Source: a bacterium
GTDB taxonomy: Bacteria > Patescibacteriota > Minisyncoccia > Minisyncoccales > PWPS01
DNA: 61,084 bases
NCBI GenBank assembly: GCA_018400405.1
Contig: JAGYMX010000001.1
Location: 1 to 61,084, forward strand
Reading direction: 5' to 3'
Made by a program: the position numbers and the translations under genes
In this document: piece by piece, positions 46,753 through 56,030 of the stretch
Numbering within the stretch: position 1 is the first letter of the stretch
Layout of the letters: each line of letters starts with the position of its first letter
The notes under the pieces: generated by a model
The model's database searches: none
Seen by the model: the letters and a program-made list of their open reading frames with translations, nothing else
What the model was told of the DNA's origin: nothing

Positions 46753-46794
46753 AAAAAAAAGCAAAAGAAGACCGTAAAGGTCTCCACGACCTTC
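46753..46794 (-). terminator. Terminator-like hairpin after infA with an overlapping alternative hairpin
   Basis: GGAGACC-TTTAC-GGTCTTC-TTTTGCTTTTTTTT; alternative GAAGGTC-GTGGA-GACCTTT. Confidence 0.6.
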
Positions 46795-46827
46795 CATAAA
46801 AAAGAAAATCTTTCTTCTCGAAAAACT

Positions 46828-47040
46828 CTAACCTCGGTAAACAATCCTTCCTTTTGTTCTGTCGTAATCATTCACCTCCACGGTTACCTTGTCTCCTGGA
46901 AGAACTTTTATACGGTGAATACGCAACTTCCCTGCCAAATGAGCGTTAACTTCCGTTCCATCGTCCATTTTAACCTTAAAATGAGTATTAGGCAACGCCT
47001 CTATGACGACTCCTTTTTGTTTATCGTTGTTAGAATTCAT
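46828..47040 (-). CDS. infA: Translation initiation factor IF-1
   Basis: G.V.EALPN..F.V, AHLAGK.R...I..LPGD.V.VE, KGRIVYR. Confidence 0.97.
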   Translation of the reverse strand: MNSNNDKQKGVVIEALPNTHFKVKMDDGTEVNAHLAGKLRIHRIKVLPGDKVTVEVNDYDRTKGRIVYRG

Positions 47041-47052
47041 TTACAGGACACA

Positions 47053-47081
47053 AGAATAACAATTTTTTTAATTTTTGTCAA
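47053..47081 (-). promoter_or_regulatory. Putative infA promoter
   Basis: TTGACA-17nt-TATTCT with extended -10 TG; 12 nt from the -10 to the ATG. Confidence 0.65.
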
Positions 47082-47113
47082 ATTTAAAAAAGTTTTAAAA
47101 AATAATTTTTCCT

Positions 47114-48325
47114 CTATTTAAATTCAAGAACTACTTTTATCTTCTCCTTAGAACTTGCAATCCTTGACAATCCAAAGGGTTTTGTTTTTATTTCTACATT
47201 TTCCACGCCCCTTTTTTCTTTTATTTTTTCTTTTGCAGTTTCAAAATCAAGCCCAACAACCTCTCGACGGATACTCTCTGTATCAATGTCAGCATAAATA
47301 TCAGCAGAAAATTGAAGAAAAATATCCGCTTCTCCCTCAAAGAAGTTTATTCTGGAAAAAGTTAATAAGATATCCTCTGTCTCTTTGCGCCAAGTGTGAC
47401 TTTCGGGAAGTGCACTTTTTATAAAATCTTCTACAGATTCTTTGCCTACCGTCATTACCTTTATATCCGCCTCCAACTGAAAGAGAAAAGTATCGTCTTC
47501 TTCCGTCTCTTCTTCTTGAAATGTTCTTTCCGCAACCTCTAAAATATACTGCGAATCATATTGAAGAAAGTAATCCTCTTCATATTTTTCTTTTAAGAGG
47601 GATATTCCTTTTTCCAAAAGATCTTCTTTCATCTGCAGTTCTGCGCGATTCATCGTTTCATCATCAAGAAAAGGAACTTCCTTTAACATACCTTCTTCTT
47701 TAAGATTAAAAGAAATCCCCTTCACTTCTCCATAGAGTGCCGTTCCTTTTAATCCCGGCAAAACGAATTCCGAATCAGCAGAGATGTTGTAATCTTCTCC
47801 CGGTTCTGCCGCAATAACTTCTACAAGAGAGCACCCTCCATTATCATCTTTCCCTGGAAGAACAAACGGTTTTTTTGCAAGAAAAAACTCTCCACTATCA
47901 GAAACAAATCTTGTTCCTTCTAAAAAATTCATCTGTGTATCTTTGTACTCTTGACACACCTCTATCTCCCCTTCTGCTTTTTTCTCTACTGTTCTCCTCC
48001 CCTCTATTGGAAACTCACGAGTCTCAGAAACCTTTTCGGCAAAAACTACTCCTCTTATCTCTTCTTCTTTAAGTGATCCTGTGGTACGCAAAAGAACATC
48101 TTTCGCAATCTGATAATTTTCTACAAAAGGATAAACAACTACTTCCGTATTATAAAAAATATAATAAATATACCCTAAGAAAAATAAAAAAACAAAAAGA
48201 AGAAGATATGTCCAACCTCCAAAAGGTCTTTTCTTTATAACATTAACCGTTTTGTCTGTTTTTAATCTCACACCTTCCTCCTTTTTTTCTTTGGGAGAAT
48301 AGATATCGATAACTTTCTTTTTCAT
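47114..48325 (-). CDS. Single-TM protein with a baseplate J/gp47-like segment
   Basis: N-terminal TM helix, then KAEG.I.V...GTRF...G..F....FVLPG...V.VIAAEPGEDYNI. Confidence 0.7.
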   Translation of the reverse strand: MKKKVIDIYSPKEKKEEGVRLKTDKTVNVIKKRPFGGWTYLLLFVFLFFLGYIYYIFYNTEVVVYPFVENYQIAKDVLLRTTGSLKEEEIRGVVFAEKVSETREFPIEGRRTVEKKAEGEIEVCQEYKDTQMNFLEGTRFVSDSGEFFLAKKPFVLPGKDDNGGCSLVEVIAAEPGEDYNISADSEFVLPGLKGTALYGEVKGISFNLKEEGMLKEVPFLDDETMNRAELQMKEDLLEKGISLLKEKYEEDYFLQYDSQYILEVAERTFQEEETEEDDTFLFQLEADIKVMTVGKESVEDFIKSALPESHTWRKETEDILLTFSRINFFEGEADIFLQFSADIYADIDTESIRREVVGLDFETAKEKIKEKRGVENVEIKTKPFGLSRIASSKEKIKVVLEFK

Positions 48326-48396
48326 TCTTTAAAAAATTATTAATAAAAGTCTTTTAAAGTAGTGCTAAGTAAATCTATCTTATTTTAAGAAAAATA

Positions 48397-50280
48397 TCAA
48401 TTTTTATCTTTTTCTTTAAGAACGGCCTTTATTCTTCTTACTCCCGCAGAAGAAGACTCTTCTTTGATAATAGAAAACCTGCCCAGTTCCGCTGTATTTT
48501 TTACATGTGGCCCGCTACATACTTCTTTAGAAAAAACACTCCCGTCTTCATCAATAATAGAGTAAACAGAAACATTTTTCGGATACTTTTCTTTAAAAGA
48601 AGCAACTGCTCCTGACTTTAAAGCGTCTTCAATGGTCATCTCTTCCTTTTTTACACTTAATCCTTTTTTAATTGTTTCGTTAACCATATCTTCTACTTTT
48701 TTTATTTCTTTTTCTGTTGGTTTTTTCTCACACGAAAAATCAAACCTTAACCTTTCAGTATTAATATTGCTTCCCTTCTGAGAAACACTCTCTCCAAGAA
48801 CCTTTTTTAAAGAAGATAACAAAAGATGTGTTGCTGTATGAAGATTTACTGTTTTGTTTTTCTTATCAGCAAGTCCACTTTTAAAAACTCCTGCAGAAAG
48901 TTCCCGAGAAAGGTTTTTGTGCTTTTCCATTTCTCTATAAAACCCTTTCTTATCTACTTTCTGCCCCTTCTCTTTTGCAAGTTCCTCTGTGAGTTCTATC
49001 GGAAAACCGTAAGTCTGGTAAAGAAAAGCTGCTCTTTCCCCATCAATCACCTTTTTTTCTTTTAACTTTGCAAATTCCTTTAATCCCTTCTCCACTGTTT
49101 TTTGGAAAGCTAACTCTTCTTTCTCCAGTGTTTTGTAAACAAATTCCGAGTTTCCTTCTATTTCTGGATAAACATCTCGATAAACTTCTATTACTTTTTC
49201 TGCAACTTCTTTTGTCCAAGAAAGAGAAAACATATCAAGTTGTTTCCCGTGTCTTACCGCACGTCTTATAAGACGCCTCACAAAATAACCCTGGCCTTTG
49301 TTTGAGGGAGAAACCCCTTTTTCATCTCCGATAATAAAAACCGCTGCCTTGATGTGATCTGCAATAATCTCAAACGACCGCGCTTTTTCTTCATACTTAA
49401 AAGAAGAAATTTCTTCTATTTTTTTAATAATCGGCAAAAAAAGATCTCCTAAAAACACGTTTGTTTCTCCCTGACAAACCATTGCCAGCCGCTCAAGACC
49501 TCCCCCAAAATCAACATTTTTTTGAGAAAGTTTTTTGAAACCACTTTTTGTTTTTAAAAATTCCATAAAAACACTGTTTCCTATCTCGATAAATCGTCCA
49601 CAATCACAGTTAATATGACACGGTTTATTTTTCCATGGCGAGTTTTCGTGTCGTTTTAAATCTTCCCCTAAATCATAAAAAACCTCACTATCCGGCCCCC
49701 CCGGTTCCCCAACGGGCATGTCTTCCGGAACTCCTGCTCGCGACCACCAGTTTTTTTTATCATCGTAATAAAAAATTCTTCCGCCTTGCATTCCTTTTTT
49801 TTCTGAAAAATCAACATCTTTCGCTTCTAATCCTTTTTTTTGAAATAACTTCTTCCATATCTCTGCCGACTCTGTATCTTTTTTAATTCCTTTTTCTTTG
49901 TTTCCACGGTGTACAGAAACATAAATTCTTTTCGGATCAAGCATCAACTCTTCCGTAAAAAACTGAAAAATCCAGTTTAATTGATCTTTTTTGAAATAAT
50001 CCCCAAGGGACCAGTTTCCAAGCATTTCAAAAAAGGTAGTATGACGCATATCTCCTACCTCTTCTATATCATCACTACGAAAACACTTTTGTGAATTTGT
50101 TAAACGTTTCCCTTCTGGGTGTTTCTTTCCAAGAAGATAAGGGACAAGAGGGAACATTCCAGAGTTCACAAAAAGAAGAGAAGAATCATTTTCCGGAATC
50201 AAAGAGGCGGAAGGAATTACTGTGTGTCCTCTTTTTTTATAAAAATCTAAAAACTTTTTCCGAATCTCTTTTGAGTCCAT
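48397..50280 (-). CDS. alaS: Alanine--tRNA ligase (no C-Ala domain)
   Basis: LLFVNSGM, H.TFFEMLGNWS.GDYFK, DFGGGLERL, HTATHLL, E.CSGPHV. Confidence 0.97.
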   Translation of the reverse strand: MDSKEIRKKFLDFYKKRGHTVIPSASLIPENDSSLLFVNSGMFPLVPYLLGKKHPEGKRLTNSQKCFRSDDIEEVGDMRHTTFFEMLGNWSLGDYFKKDQLNWIFQFFTEELMLDPKRIYVSVHRGNKEKGIKKDTESAEIWKKLFQKKGLEAKDVDFSEKKGMQGGRIFYYDDKKNWWSRAGVPEDMPVGEPGGPDSEVFYDLGEDLKRHENSPWKNKPCHINCDCGRFIEIGNSVFMEFLKTKSGFKKLSQKNVDFGGGLERLAMVCQGETNVFLGDLFLPIIKKIEEISSFKYEEKARSFEIIADHIKAAVFIIGDEKGVSPSNKGQGYFVRRLIRRAVRHGKQLDMFSLSWTKEVAEKVIEVYRDVYPEIEGNSEFVYKTLEKEELAFQKTVEKGLKEFAKLKEKKVIDGERAAFLYQTYGFPIELTEELAKEKGQKVDKKGFYREMEKHKNLSRELSAGVFKSGLADKKNKTVNLHTATHLLLSSLKKVLGESVSQKGSNINTERLRFDFSCEKKPTEKEIKKVEDMVNETIKKGLSVKKEEMTIEDALKSGAVASFKEKYPKNVSVYSIIDEDGSVFSKEVCSGPHVKNTAELGRFSIIKEESSSAGVRRIKAVLKEKDKN

Positions 50281-50293
50281 AAGAAATTACTCT

Positions 50294-51004
50294 TTACTTT
50301 GTTACATTTTTTAGTAACTTGGAAAAACTCTCCTTTTTCAGCGAAACACCCCCAATAAGAAGACCTTGAAAACCTGCATCTTTTATATAAAGAGAAGCAT
50401 TTTTTGCGTTCACGCTTCCTCCGTAAAGAACAGGCGTTTTTTCTCCTTTTTTTTCTATATCTTGGAGAACTTTTTTAATAAAAAATAGTCTTTTTTTTGC
50501 AACATCTAACGGACAAGAATTGCCTGTCCCAATAGCAAAACGAGGTTCGTAGGCAACAATAATATGTTTAAGAGAAGTCCCCTTAAGAAGCCCCACAAGT
50601 TGTTTTTTCACTTCTTCTTCATTTTTTCTGCTCTTTCTCTTCTCTCCAATACAAACTATCGGGGAAATACCTACGGATAATACTAAAGCTATTTTTTCCC
50701 TTATCTTTTTAGTGTCTTCTTCAAAAAGTTCTCTTCTTTCTGAGTGTCCAAGAATAACATACTTACACCCTGCTTCTTTTAACATAAGAGGAGAAATCTC
50801 CCCTGTAAATGCTCCTCTCTTTTTAGAGAAACAGTTTTGCGCCCCAGTGTTTGCTTTTTTTAAAATTTTTTTTATTTCTAAAAGAAAAACAAATGGTGGA
50901 CAAAGAACAACGTTCTTCTCGTCAGAAACAGAAGCAATCTCTTTTGCTTCTTTTAGTTTTTGTGGGTTCATTTTCCAATTGGCGACAACAAGTGGCTGAG
51001 ACAT
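50294..51004 (-). CDS. tpiA: Triosephosphate isomerase
   Basis: ANWKMN, GAFTGEIS, GHSERR, AYEP.FAIGTG, LYGGSV. Confidence 0.95.
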   Translation of the reverse strand: MSQPLVVANWKMNPQKLKEAKEIASVSDEKNVVLCPPFVFLLEIKKILKKANTGAQNCFSKKRGAFTGEISPLMLKEAGCKYVILGHSERRELFEEDTKKIREKIALVLSVGISPIVCIGEKRKSRKNEEEVKKQLVGLLKGTSLKHIIVAYEPRFAIGTGNSCPLDVAKKRLFFIKKVLQDIEKKGEKTPVLYGGSVNAKNASLYIKDAGFQGLLIGGVSLKKESFSKLLKNVTK

Positions 51005-51005
51005 A

Positions 51006-52031
51006 TTACTGGTTTCTAAGATATTCCGCTGCTTTCTCCGGTTTTATTGTAGAAATCTCCATTCTTGCTCCAAGCTCAAATCCTGCCAAAACAGATGTTT
51101 TTGGAAGTATTGTCCAGTGCCAGTGATAATATCCATGGTCCATCCCATCAGAAGGAGCGCAGTGCAAATAAAAGTTATAAGGAGGATCGTTGAGCCCTTT
51201 ATAAAGTTTTGAAAGGGCAACACGGAACGCATCCGCAAGTAGGTCGAGCTCCTTTTCGTTTATCTCTTCAAAGTAAGCAAGATGCTTTTTGGGAGAGATA
51301 ATTGTTTGGAAAGCAGCCTTTGAGGCAAAAGGACAAAGAACAAGAAAAAGATCATTCTCATAAATAATCCTTTCCCTTTTTTCCATCTCCCACTCGTTCA
51401 TCTGACAGTATATACAGTTTTTCTTTTTTTCATGATACGTCCTTCCCTTCGCAAGGGCTTTGTTTAGGTCAATATCAATAAGTGGGGTGGTTAAAATCTG
51501 TGAATGAGGATGAGCAATAGAAGCCCCCGCTTCGACTCCATGATTGTGAAAAATAGAAACATAATTTACATGTTTTTTTCCTTTTAACTCTGTGTATCTG
51601 TTCTTGTAAAGAGCAAAAACCTCTCTTACTTTCTCAAATGGAAGTTCTCCCAAAGACTTATAGTGATCACGAGTAATAACTACCTCGTGATATCCTACGG
51701 CGTTCATTGTTTGATATAAACTGTTTTCATAACGTTTTTCTAATGTTTCCGATGGTATAAACGCAGGATACTTGTTGGGAATAGAAACCGCACTCCAGTT
51801 TTCCGTGACGGTATCTACTTTCTTCCCATCTTCAAAAGAAACTATCGCGTTTTTTATCTCTTCAAAATCACAAAATGGGCAACTTTCGCGAGATATTTCT
51901 TTTTTAATTCTTTCTTCTTTTTTAAACATCTCTGGCCTTTTTGCTCTTCCAGAAGCAATTACCACCCAATCACCAGAAGAAACGTCGTAGCGAAGTTCCG
52001 AGGGAAATTCCTTTTTTTCTTCATTTGTCAT
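51006..52031 (-). CDS. galT: Galactose-1-phosphate uridylyltransferase family (HIT-type hexose-1-P nucleotidyltransferase; likely ATG 52031)
   Basis: R..RP, CPFC, NKYP, G.HEVVI, NHG..AGASIAHPHSQ, YHWH, AGFE. Confidence 0.9.
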   Translation of the reverse strand: MTNEEKKEFPSELRYDVSSGDWVVIASGRAKRPEMFKKEERIKKEISRESCPFCDFEEIKNAIVSFEDGKKVDTVTENWSAVSIPNKYPAFIPSETLEKRYENSLYQTMNAVGYHEVVITRDHYKSLGELPFEKVREVFALYKNRYTELKGKKHVNYVSIFHNHGVEAGASIAHPHSQILTTPLIDIDLNKALAKGRTYHEKKKNCIYCQMNEWEMEKRERIIYENDLFLVLCPFASKAAFQTIISPKKHLAYFEEINEKELDLLADAFRVALSKLYKGLNDPPYNFYLHCAPSDGMDHGYYHWHWTILPKTSVLAGFELGARMEISTIKPEKAAEYLRNQ

Positions 52032-52089
52032 ATTTTTCAATTAAATATTTTAATTTAAAAACTATTTTTAAGATAATTTGTGCTCTTTT

Positions 52090-52118
52090 ATTATACAAAA
52101 TAAGAATCTTCTTTACAA
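52090..52118 (-). promoter_or_regulatory. Putative promoter of galT-tpiA-alaS
   Basis: TTGTAA-17nt-TATAAT. Confidence 0.6.
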
Positions 52119-52168
52119 ACTATCTGTGTTTGTTCTAAATTTTAAACAAAGATTATCCCTGTTTAACT

Positions 52169-52918
52169 TTACAATTTTGTAAGGATTTCTGTTCCCTTTT
52201 CTGTTATTGCTATCGTGTGTTCAAAGTGGGCAGAAAGAGAATCATCTACCGTTTTAAATCCCTTTCCTCCAGGACACTCAATAATATCTCCACTCCCCAT
52301 AGAAAGCATCGGTTCAATACAAAAGGCCATTCCTTTTACAATTTCTATTCCTTCGCGTCTTTTTCCTTCATTTAGGACCTGCGGGGACTCGTGAACCTCT
52401 CTTCCTATTCCGTGCCCGCAAAGCCCCCGAACAACGGCAAAACCACTTTTTCTTGCATGTCGCTCAATAGTATTCCCAATATCTCCGAGAGTATTTCCCT
52501 CTCTTGCTTTTTTAATCCCCCTTTTTAGTGCTTTTTTTGTTTCTCTTATGAGACGAAGCGAACCCTCTTTTTTTTCTTCTTCTCCTACAAGAAAAGTTAC
52601 TGCCATATCAGAGTGAAACCCTTTATAAAAAACACCTAAATCAAGAGAAAAGACATCTCCTTCTTTTAGTTTGTAGTCAGAAGGAACTCCGTGAACAATT
52701 ACTTCGTTAACGCTTGTACAAAGTGCAGCAGGAAAACCATTATAGTTTTTAAAAGAGGGCTTTCCCCCTCTTTCTAAAATTAATTTTTCTGCAAAATCAT
52801 TTAAAAAATTAGTTGTTACACCAGGGAGCGACTTTTCTTTTGTTTTTTCTATAACTTCTGCAAGGATCTTTGCGCTTTCCCTCATAAAAACAAACTCTTT
52901 TTCCGTTTTTAGTATCAT
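52169..52918 (-). CDS. map: Methionine aminopeptidase type I
   Basis: CTSVNEVIVHGVP, D.G..Y.GFHSD.A.T, GHGIG..HE.P, IEPM, SAHFEHT. Confidence 0.97.
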   Translation of the reverse strand: MILKTEKEFVFMRESAKILAEVIEKTKEKSLPGVTTNFLNDFAEKLILERGGKPSFKNYNGFPAALCTSVNEVIVHGVPSDYKLKEGDVFSLDLGVFYKGFHSDMAVTFLVGEEEKKEGSLRLIRETKKALKRGIKKAREGNTLGDIGNTIERHARKSGFAVVRGLCGHGIGREVHESPQVLNEGKRREGIEIVKGMAFCIEPMLSMGSGDIIECPGGKGFKTVDDSLSAHFEHTIAITEKGTEILTKL

Positions 52919-53493
52919 GATTTAATAAACCTTTTTATCTTAGAATTTAATTTTTTTCTTATTTCTTCTACAGACTGCTCACCGTTTATTTCAACAAGCT
53001 TTCCTTTTTTTTGAAAATAAGAAATAACCGGCAAAACATCTCTTTTAAACCACCTCAACCTCTCTTTTACTTCTTCTTCTTTGTCGTCTTCTCTTTTTCT
53101 GTTTTTAAGTCTTTTAAAAACTTCTTTTTCACTTATTTTTAAGTGTACGGCAACAAACCTTTCCCACCCGAACATTTCGAAAACTTCTTCCAACATATAC
53201 GCTTCATAAAGCTTCCGCGGATTCCCATCAAAAACAACTCCCTTTGTCTTTTTCTCGTAAAGATTTAAAAGAAGAGGTATCCAAAGTAAAAAAACAATAG
53301 GTGTGGGTATTAACCCACCCTTTAAAAGAGTTTCTGATATTTTTTTCCCGATAAAATCCTCTTTTTTTGCTCTTTCCCGAAGAAGCTCCCCTGTTTTTAC
53401 AACATCAAACCCCGTGTCTTTTATAAATTGTTTGATCTGTGTCCCTTTTCCCGAACCGGGACGTCCAAGAAAAAAAATAACTACAGGGGGCAT
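52915..53493 (-). CDS. adk: Adenylate kinase family, short-LID paralog
   Basis: GRPGSGKGTQ, TGELLR, FDGNPR, R.R.DD. Confidence 0.85.
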   Translation of the reverse strand: MPPVVIFFLGRPGSGKGTQIKQFIKDTGFDVVKTGELLRERAKKEDFIGKKISETLLKGGLIPTPIVFLLWIPLLLNLYEKKTKGVVFDGNPRKLYEAYMLEEVFEMFGWERFVAVHLKISEKEVFKRLKNRKREDDKEEEVKERLRWFKRDVLPVISYFQKKGKLVEINGEQSVEEIRKKLNSKIKRFIKS

Positions 53494-53496
53494 ATT

Positions 53497-54198
53497 TTAT
53501 AAGCCAAAGTTTTCTACTTCTTTTAAAATTCGGAAAAAAACATCACTTACAGAGCCCGTACCGTCAACACGTAAGATATTAATTTTTTTTGATTGAAGGT
53601 AATCAATAATAGGAACTGTTTTTTCACTGAATTCTCTTAATCTTATTTTTATCTTTTCCGGGTCATCCATCACTCTTTTTTCAAGGACAGAACCATCAAG
53701 TGGACAAATTGTAAGATTTTCCGTTTCTGGGGTGCTGATAATCGAGTGTCGCATAAGTGCACAAACCCTTCTTTTTGTGTTTCTTTTTATTGATTCTTCT
53801 TCATCAACCTCTAGAGAGATAAGAAGAATATCCCTTGCACGGTAAAGAGAGAGAAAAAAGGGCAAAGAAATTTCCGCTTGCTTTTTTGTACGAGGATACC
53901 CATCAAGAAGAACTGTTTCCTTTTTATCTTTTGTTTTTTCAATACTTTCTTTGATTACATGAGAAACAAAACCATCTTCACAAAGAAGGCCTTCTCTCCA
54001 TCTTCTTTCTTGTTCTTTTATTTCGTACTCTTCTTCTCCCACTGTAACCACATCACCCTCTGAAGAGTTTAGAAACTTCTTCTCTAAGAGTTTACTCGCT
54101 TCAAAATGTATCATCTTCTTTTTTTCTGCAAGAAGAAGAGCTTGTGTCCCCTTTCCCGATCCAGGAGGACCGACAAGTATTACAAGTTTATTTTTCAT
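53497..54198 (-). CDS. adk: Adenylate kinase family, long-LID paralog
   Basis: GPPGSGKGTQA, LDGYPRT, LID RRVCALMRH...CPLDG..L..R..D. Confidence 0.85.
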   Translation of the reverse strand: MKNKLVILVGPPGSGKGTQALLLAEKKKMIHFEASKLLEKKFLNSSEGDVVTVGEEEYEIKEQERRWREGLLCEDGFVSHVIKESIEKTKDKKETVLLDGYPRTKKQAEISLPFFLSLYRARDILLISLEVDEEESIKRNTKRRVCALMRHSIISTPETENLTICPLDGSVLEKRVMDDPEKIKIRLREFSEKTVPIIDYLQSKKINILRVDGTGSVSDVFFRILKEVENFGL

Positions 54199-54279
54199 AA
54201 TAAAGCTTTTTTAGTGCCTACATTAAGCATAAAATAAGTAAGCGACTGTATTTTGTTTCTATAAAATTTTTAAGAAAAA

Positions 54280-55560
54280 CTAAATTGTTTCGTACTCTCT
54301 CATCTGAAGTTGTGCATTTATCTGTCTGATAGTTTCTAAAACAACGCTCACAATAATTACAAGAGATGCACCACCAATAAGAAATCCAAACGCTTCTACA
54401 TCGGTAATTGCAGAGATAGTCATCGGAAGTACGGCTACCGTTGCCAAAAACAAAGCACCTAAGAAAAGTACGCGATTTAAAATATAATTTATGTAGTTTG
54501 CTGTTGACTTTCCAGGCCTAATCCCAGGAACAAACCCTCCCATTTTTTGGAGATTTTCAGAAACATTTTTTGGATCAAAAGTAACCGCTGTATAAAAATA
54601 AGTAAAAAGACAAACAAGAATAAAAATCAACCCACCATAAACCCAGCTTATGTCTAAAAATCCGGTAATTTTTTCCGCGGCAGTCCCTATAAATCCTTCT
54701 ACTTCAGTAAGGAATCCAAAAAGCATTGAGGGAAGAACAACCATAGACATCGCAAAAATTATCGGAATCACTCCCGCAGGATTTAGGCTTAGTGGAAGAT
54801 AAGTAGATGCACCCCCGTAAAGCTTTCTTCCTCGTACTCTTCGTGCGTAAGAAACGGGGATATTCCTTCTTGCCTCGTTTACATGAACAACAAGACCAAT
54901 AATCGGTGCTCCAATTAAAAAGAAAAGAATGTACATCGGCACCATATTAGGGTTAAACATTATATCACTTATCATCTGCCCTATGTTTGCCGGTAAAGAG
55001 GATATAATTCCCGCAAAAATGAGCAAAGAAACTCCGTTCCCAATACCCTTTTCTGTGATAAGCTCTCCAATCCACATAAGGAAAACTGTACCAGCAGCGA
55101 CAACTGTCAAAATATTAACCGTTTCTAAGAAAGAAAGTGGTTGTAATATTCCTTGATTTTGAAAAAGGGTAAGCATTCCAAATGTTTGTAAAAAAGCAAA
55201 AGGAACTGTTAATACTCTTCCGTACTGATTTACTTTTTGTCTCCCAGCATCTCCCTCTTCACGGTACATCTTTTGCAATTTTGGCCAAACAAGAGTAAGA
55301 AGCTGAATAACAATTACCGACGTAATATAAGGACCAAGCCCAAGCATAACAATAGAAAACTGATCAAGAGTTCCTCCAATAAGAAGATCAGCAAATCTAA
55401 ACATCTGAAAACGGTTAAAAAGATCTTGCATCATCTCAGAATCAATTCCCGGCATAGGAATCTTTGCCATAAAACGGAAAACAGCAAAAGCACCAAGAAC
55501 AAAGAAAATTCTTTTTCTTAAATCAGGAATCTGAAATACTTTTATAATTTTTTCAAACAC
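54280..55560 (-). CDS. secY: Preprotein translocase SecY (GTG start)
   Basis: LGLGPYITS, MWIGELITEKGIGNGVSL.IF.GI, AGVIPIIFA, GGFVPGIRPG. Confidence 0.98.
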   Translation of the reverse strand: MFEKIIKVFQIPDLRKRIFFVLGAFAVFRFMAKIPMPGIDSEMMQDLFNRFQMFRFADLLIGGTLDQFSIVMLGLGPYITSVIVIQLLTLVWPKLQKMYREEGDAGRQKVNQYGRVLTVPFAFLQTFGMLTLFQNQGILQPLSFLETVNILTVVAAGTVFLMWIGELITEKGIGNGVSLLIFAGIISSLPANIGQMISDIMFNPNMVPMYILFFLIGAPIIGLVVHVNEARRNIPVSYARRVRGRKLYGGASTYLPLSLNPAGVIPIIFAMSMVVLPSMLFGFLTEVEGFIGTAAEKITGFLDISWVYGGLIFILVCLFTYFYTAVTFDPKNVSENLQKMGGFVPGIRPGKSTANYINYILNRVLFLGALFLATVAVLPMTISAITDVEAFGFLIGGASLVIIVSVVLETIRQINAQLQMREYETI

Positions 55561-55597
55561 TTTCTTAAAATATAAAAATTTTTAAAACTTCTTAAAA

Positions 55598-56029
55598 TTA
55601 CTTTTTAAGCATCACCTTTCCACCGGCTTTTTCAATTGTTTCTTTTGCTTTCTCTGATAAGAAACAGTTTTCCACAAAAAACTTTTTCTTTATTTTTCCA
55701 TCTCCGATTATCTTCACTGGAAGACTGTTGCTTTTTTTTACTAGTCCTTTTTTCACAAGCGTTTTTGGACTCACTTTTTCTTTATCTTTAAAAACTTTAT
55801 CAACTGCAGCTATGTTTATTGCAACCGTTTTCTTAAGCTGGGAAAAATTGTACCCTCTAAGCTTTGGGTAACGCTTAAGATCTCCCCTAATTATCGGTTT
55901 CATTTTTGCCCCCGCACGTGATTTCTGTCCTTTCATCCCTTTCCCAGAGTATGTCCCTCTTTTGCCTCCGCGTCCTATACGTTTACTTTTTTTTATTTTG
56001 TTTTTCGGACTAATATCGTGAATTTGCAT
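55598..56029 (-). CDS. rplO: 50S ribosomal protein L15
   Basis: KRIGRGGKRGTYSG.G.KGQKSRAG, IEKAGG. Confidence 0.97.
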   Translation of the reverse strand: MQIHDISPKNKIKKSKRIGRGGKRGTYSGKGMKGQKSRAGAKMKPIIRGDLKRYPKLRGYNFSQLKKTVAINIAAVDKVFKDKEKVSPKTLVKKGLVKKSNSLPVKIIGDGKIKKKFFVENCFLSEKAKETIEKAGGKVMLKK

Positions 56030-56030
56030 A

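Noticed and set aside
46624..47121. 165-aa plus-strand ORF
   Set aside because: Antisense to rpmJ and infA, which are clearly real.
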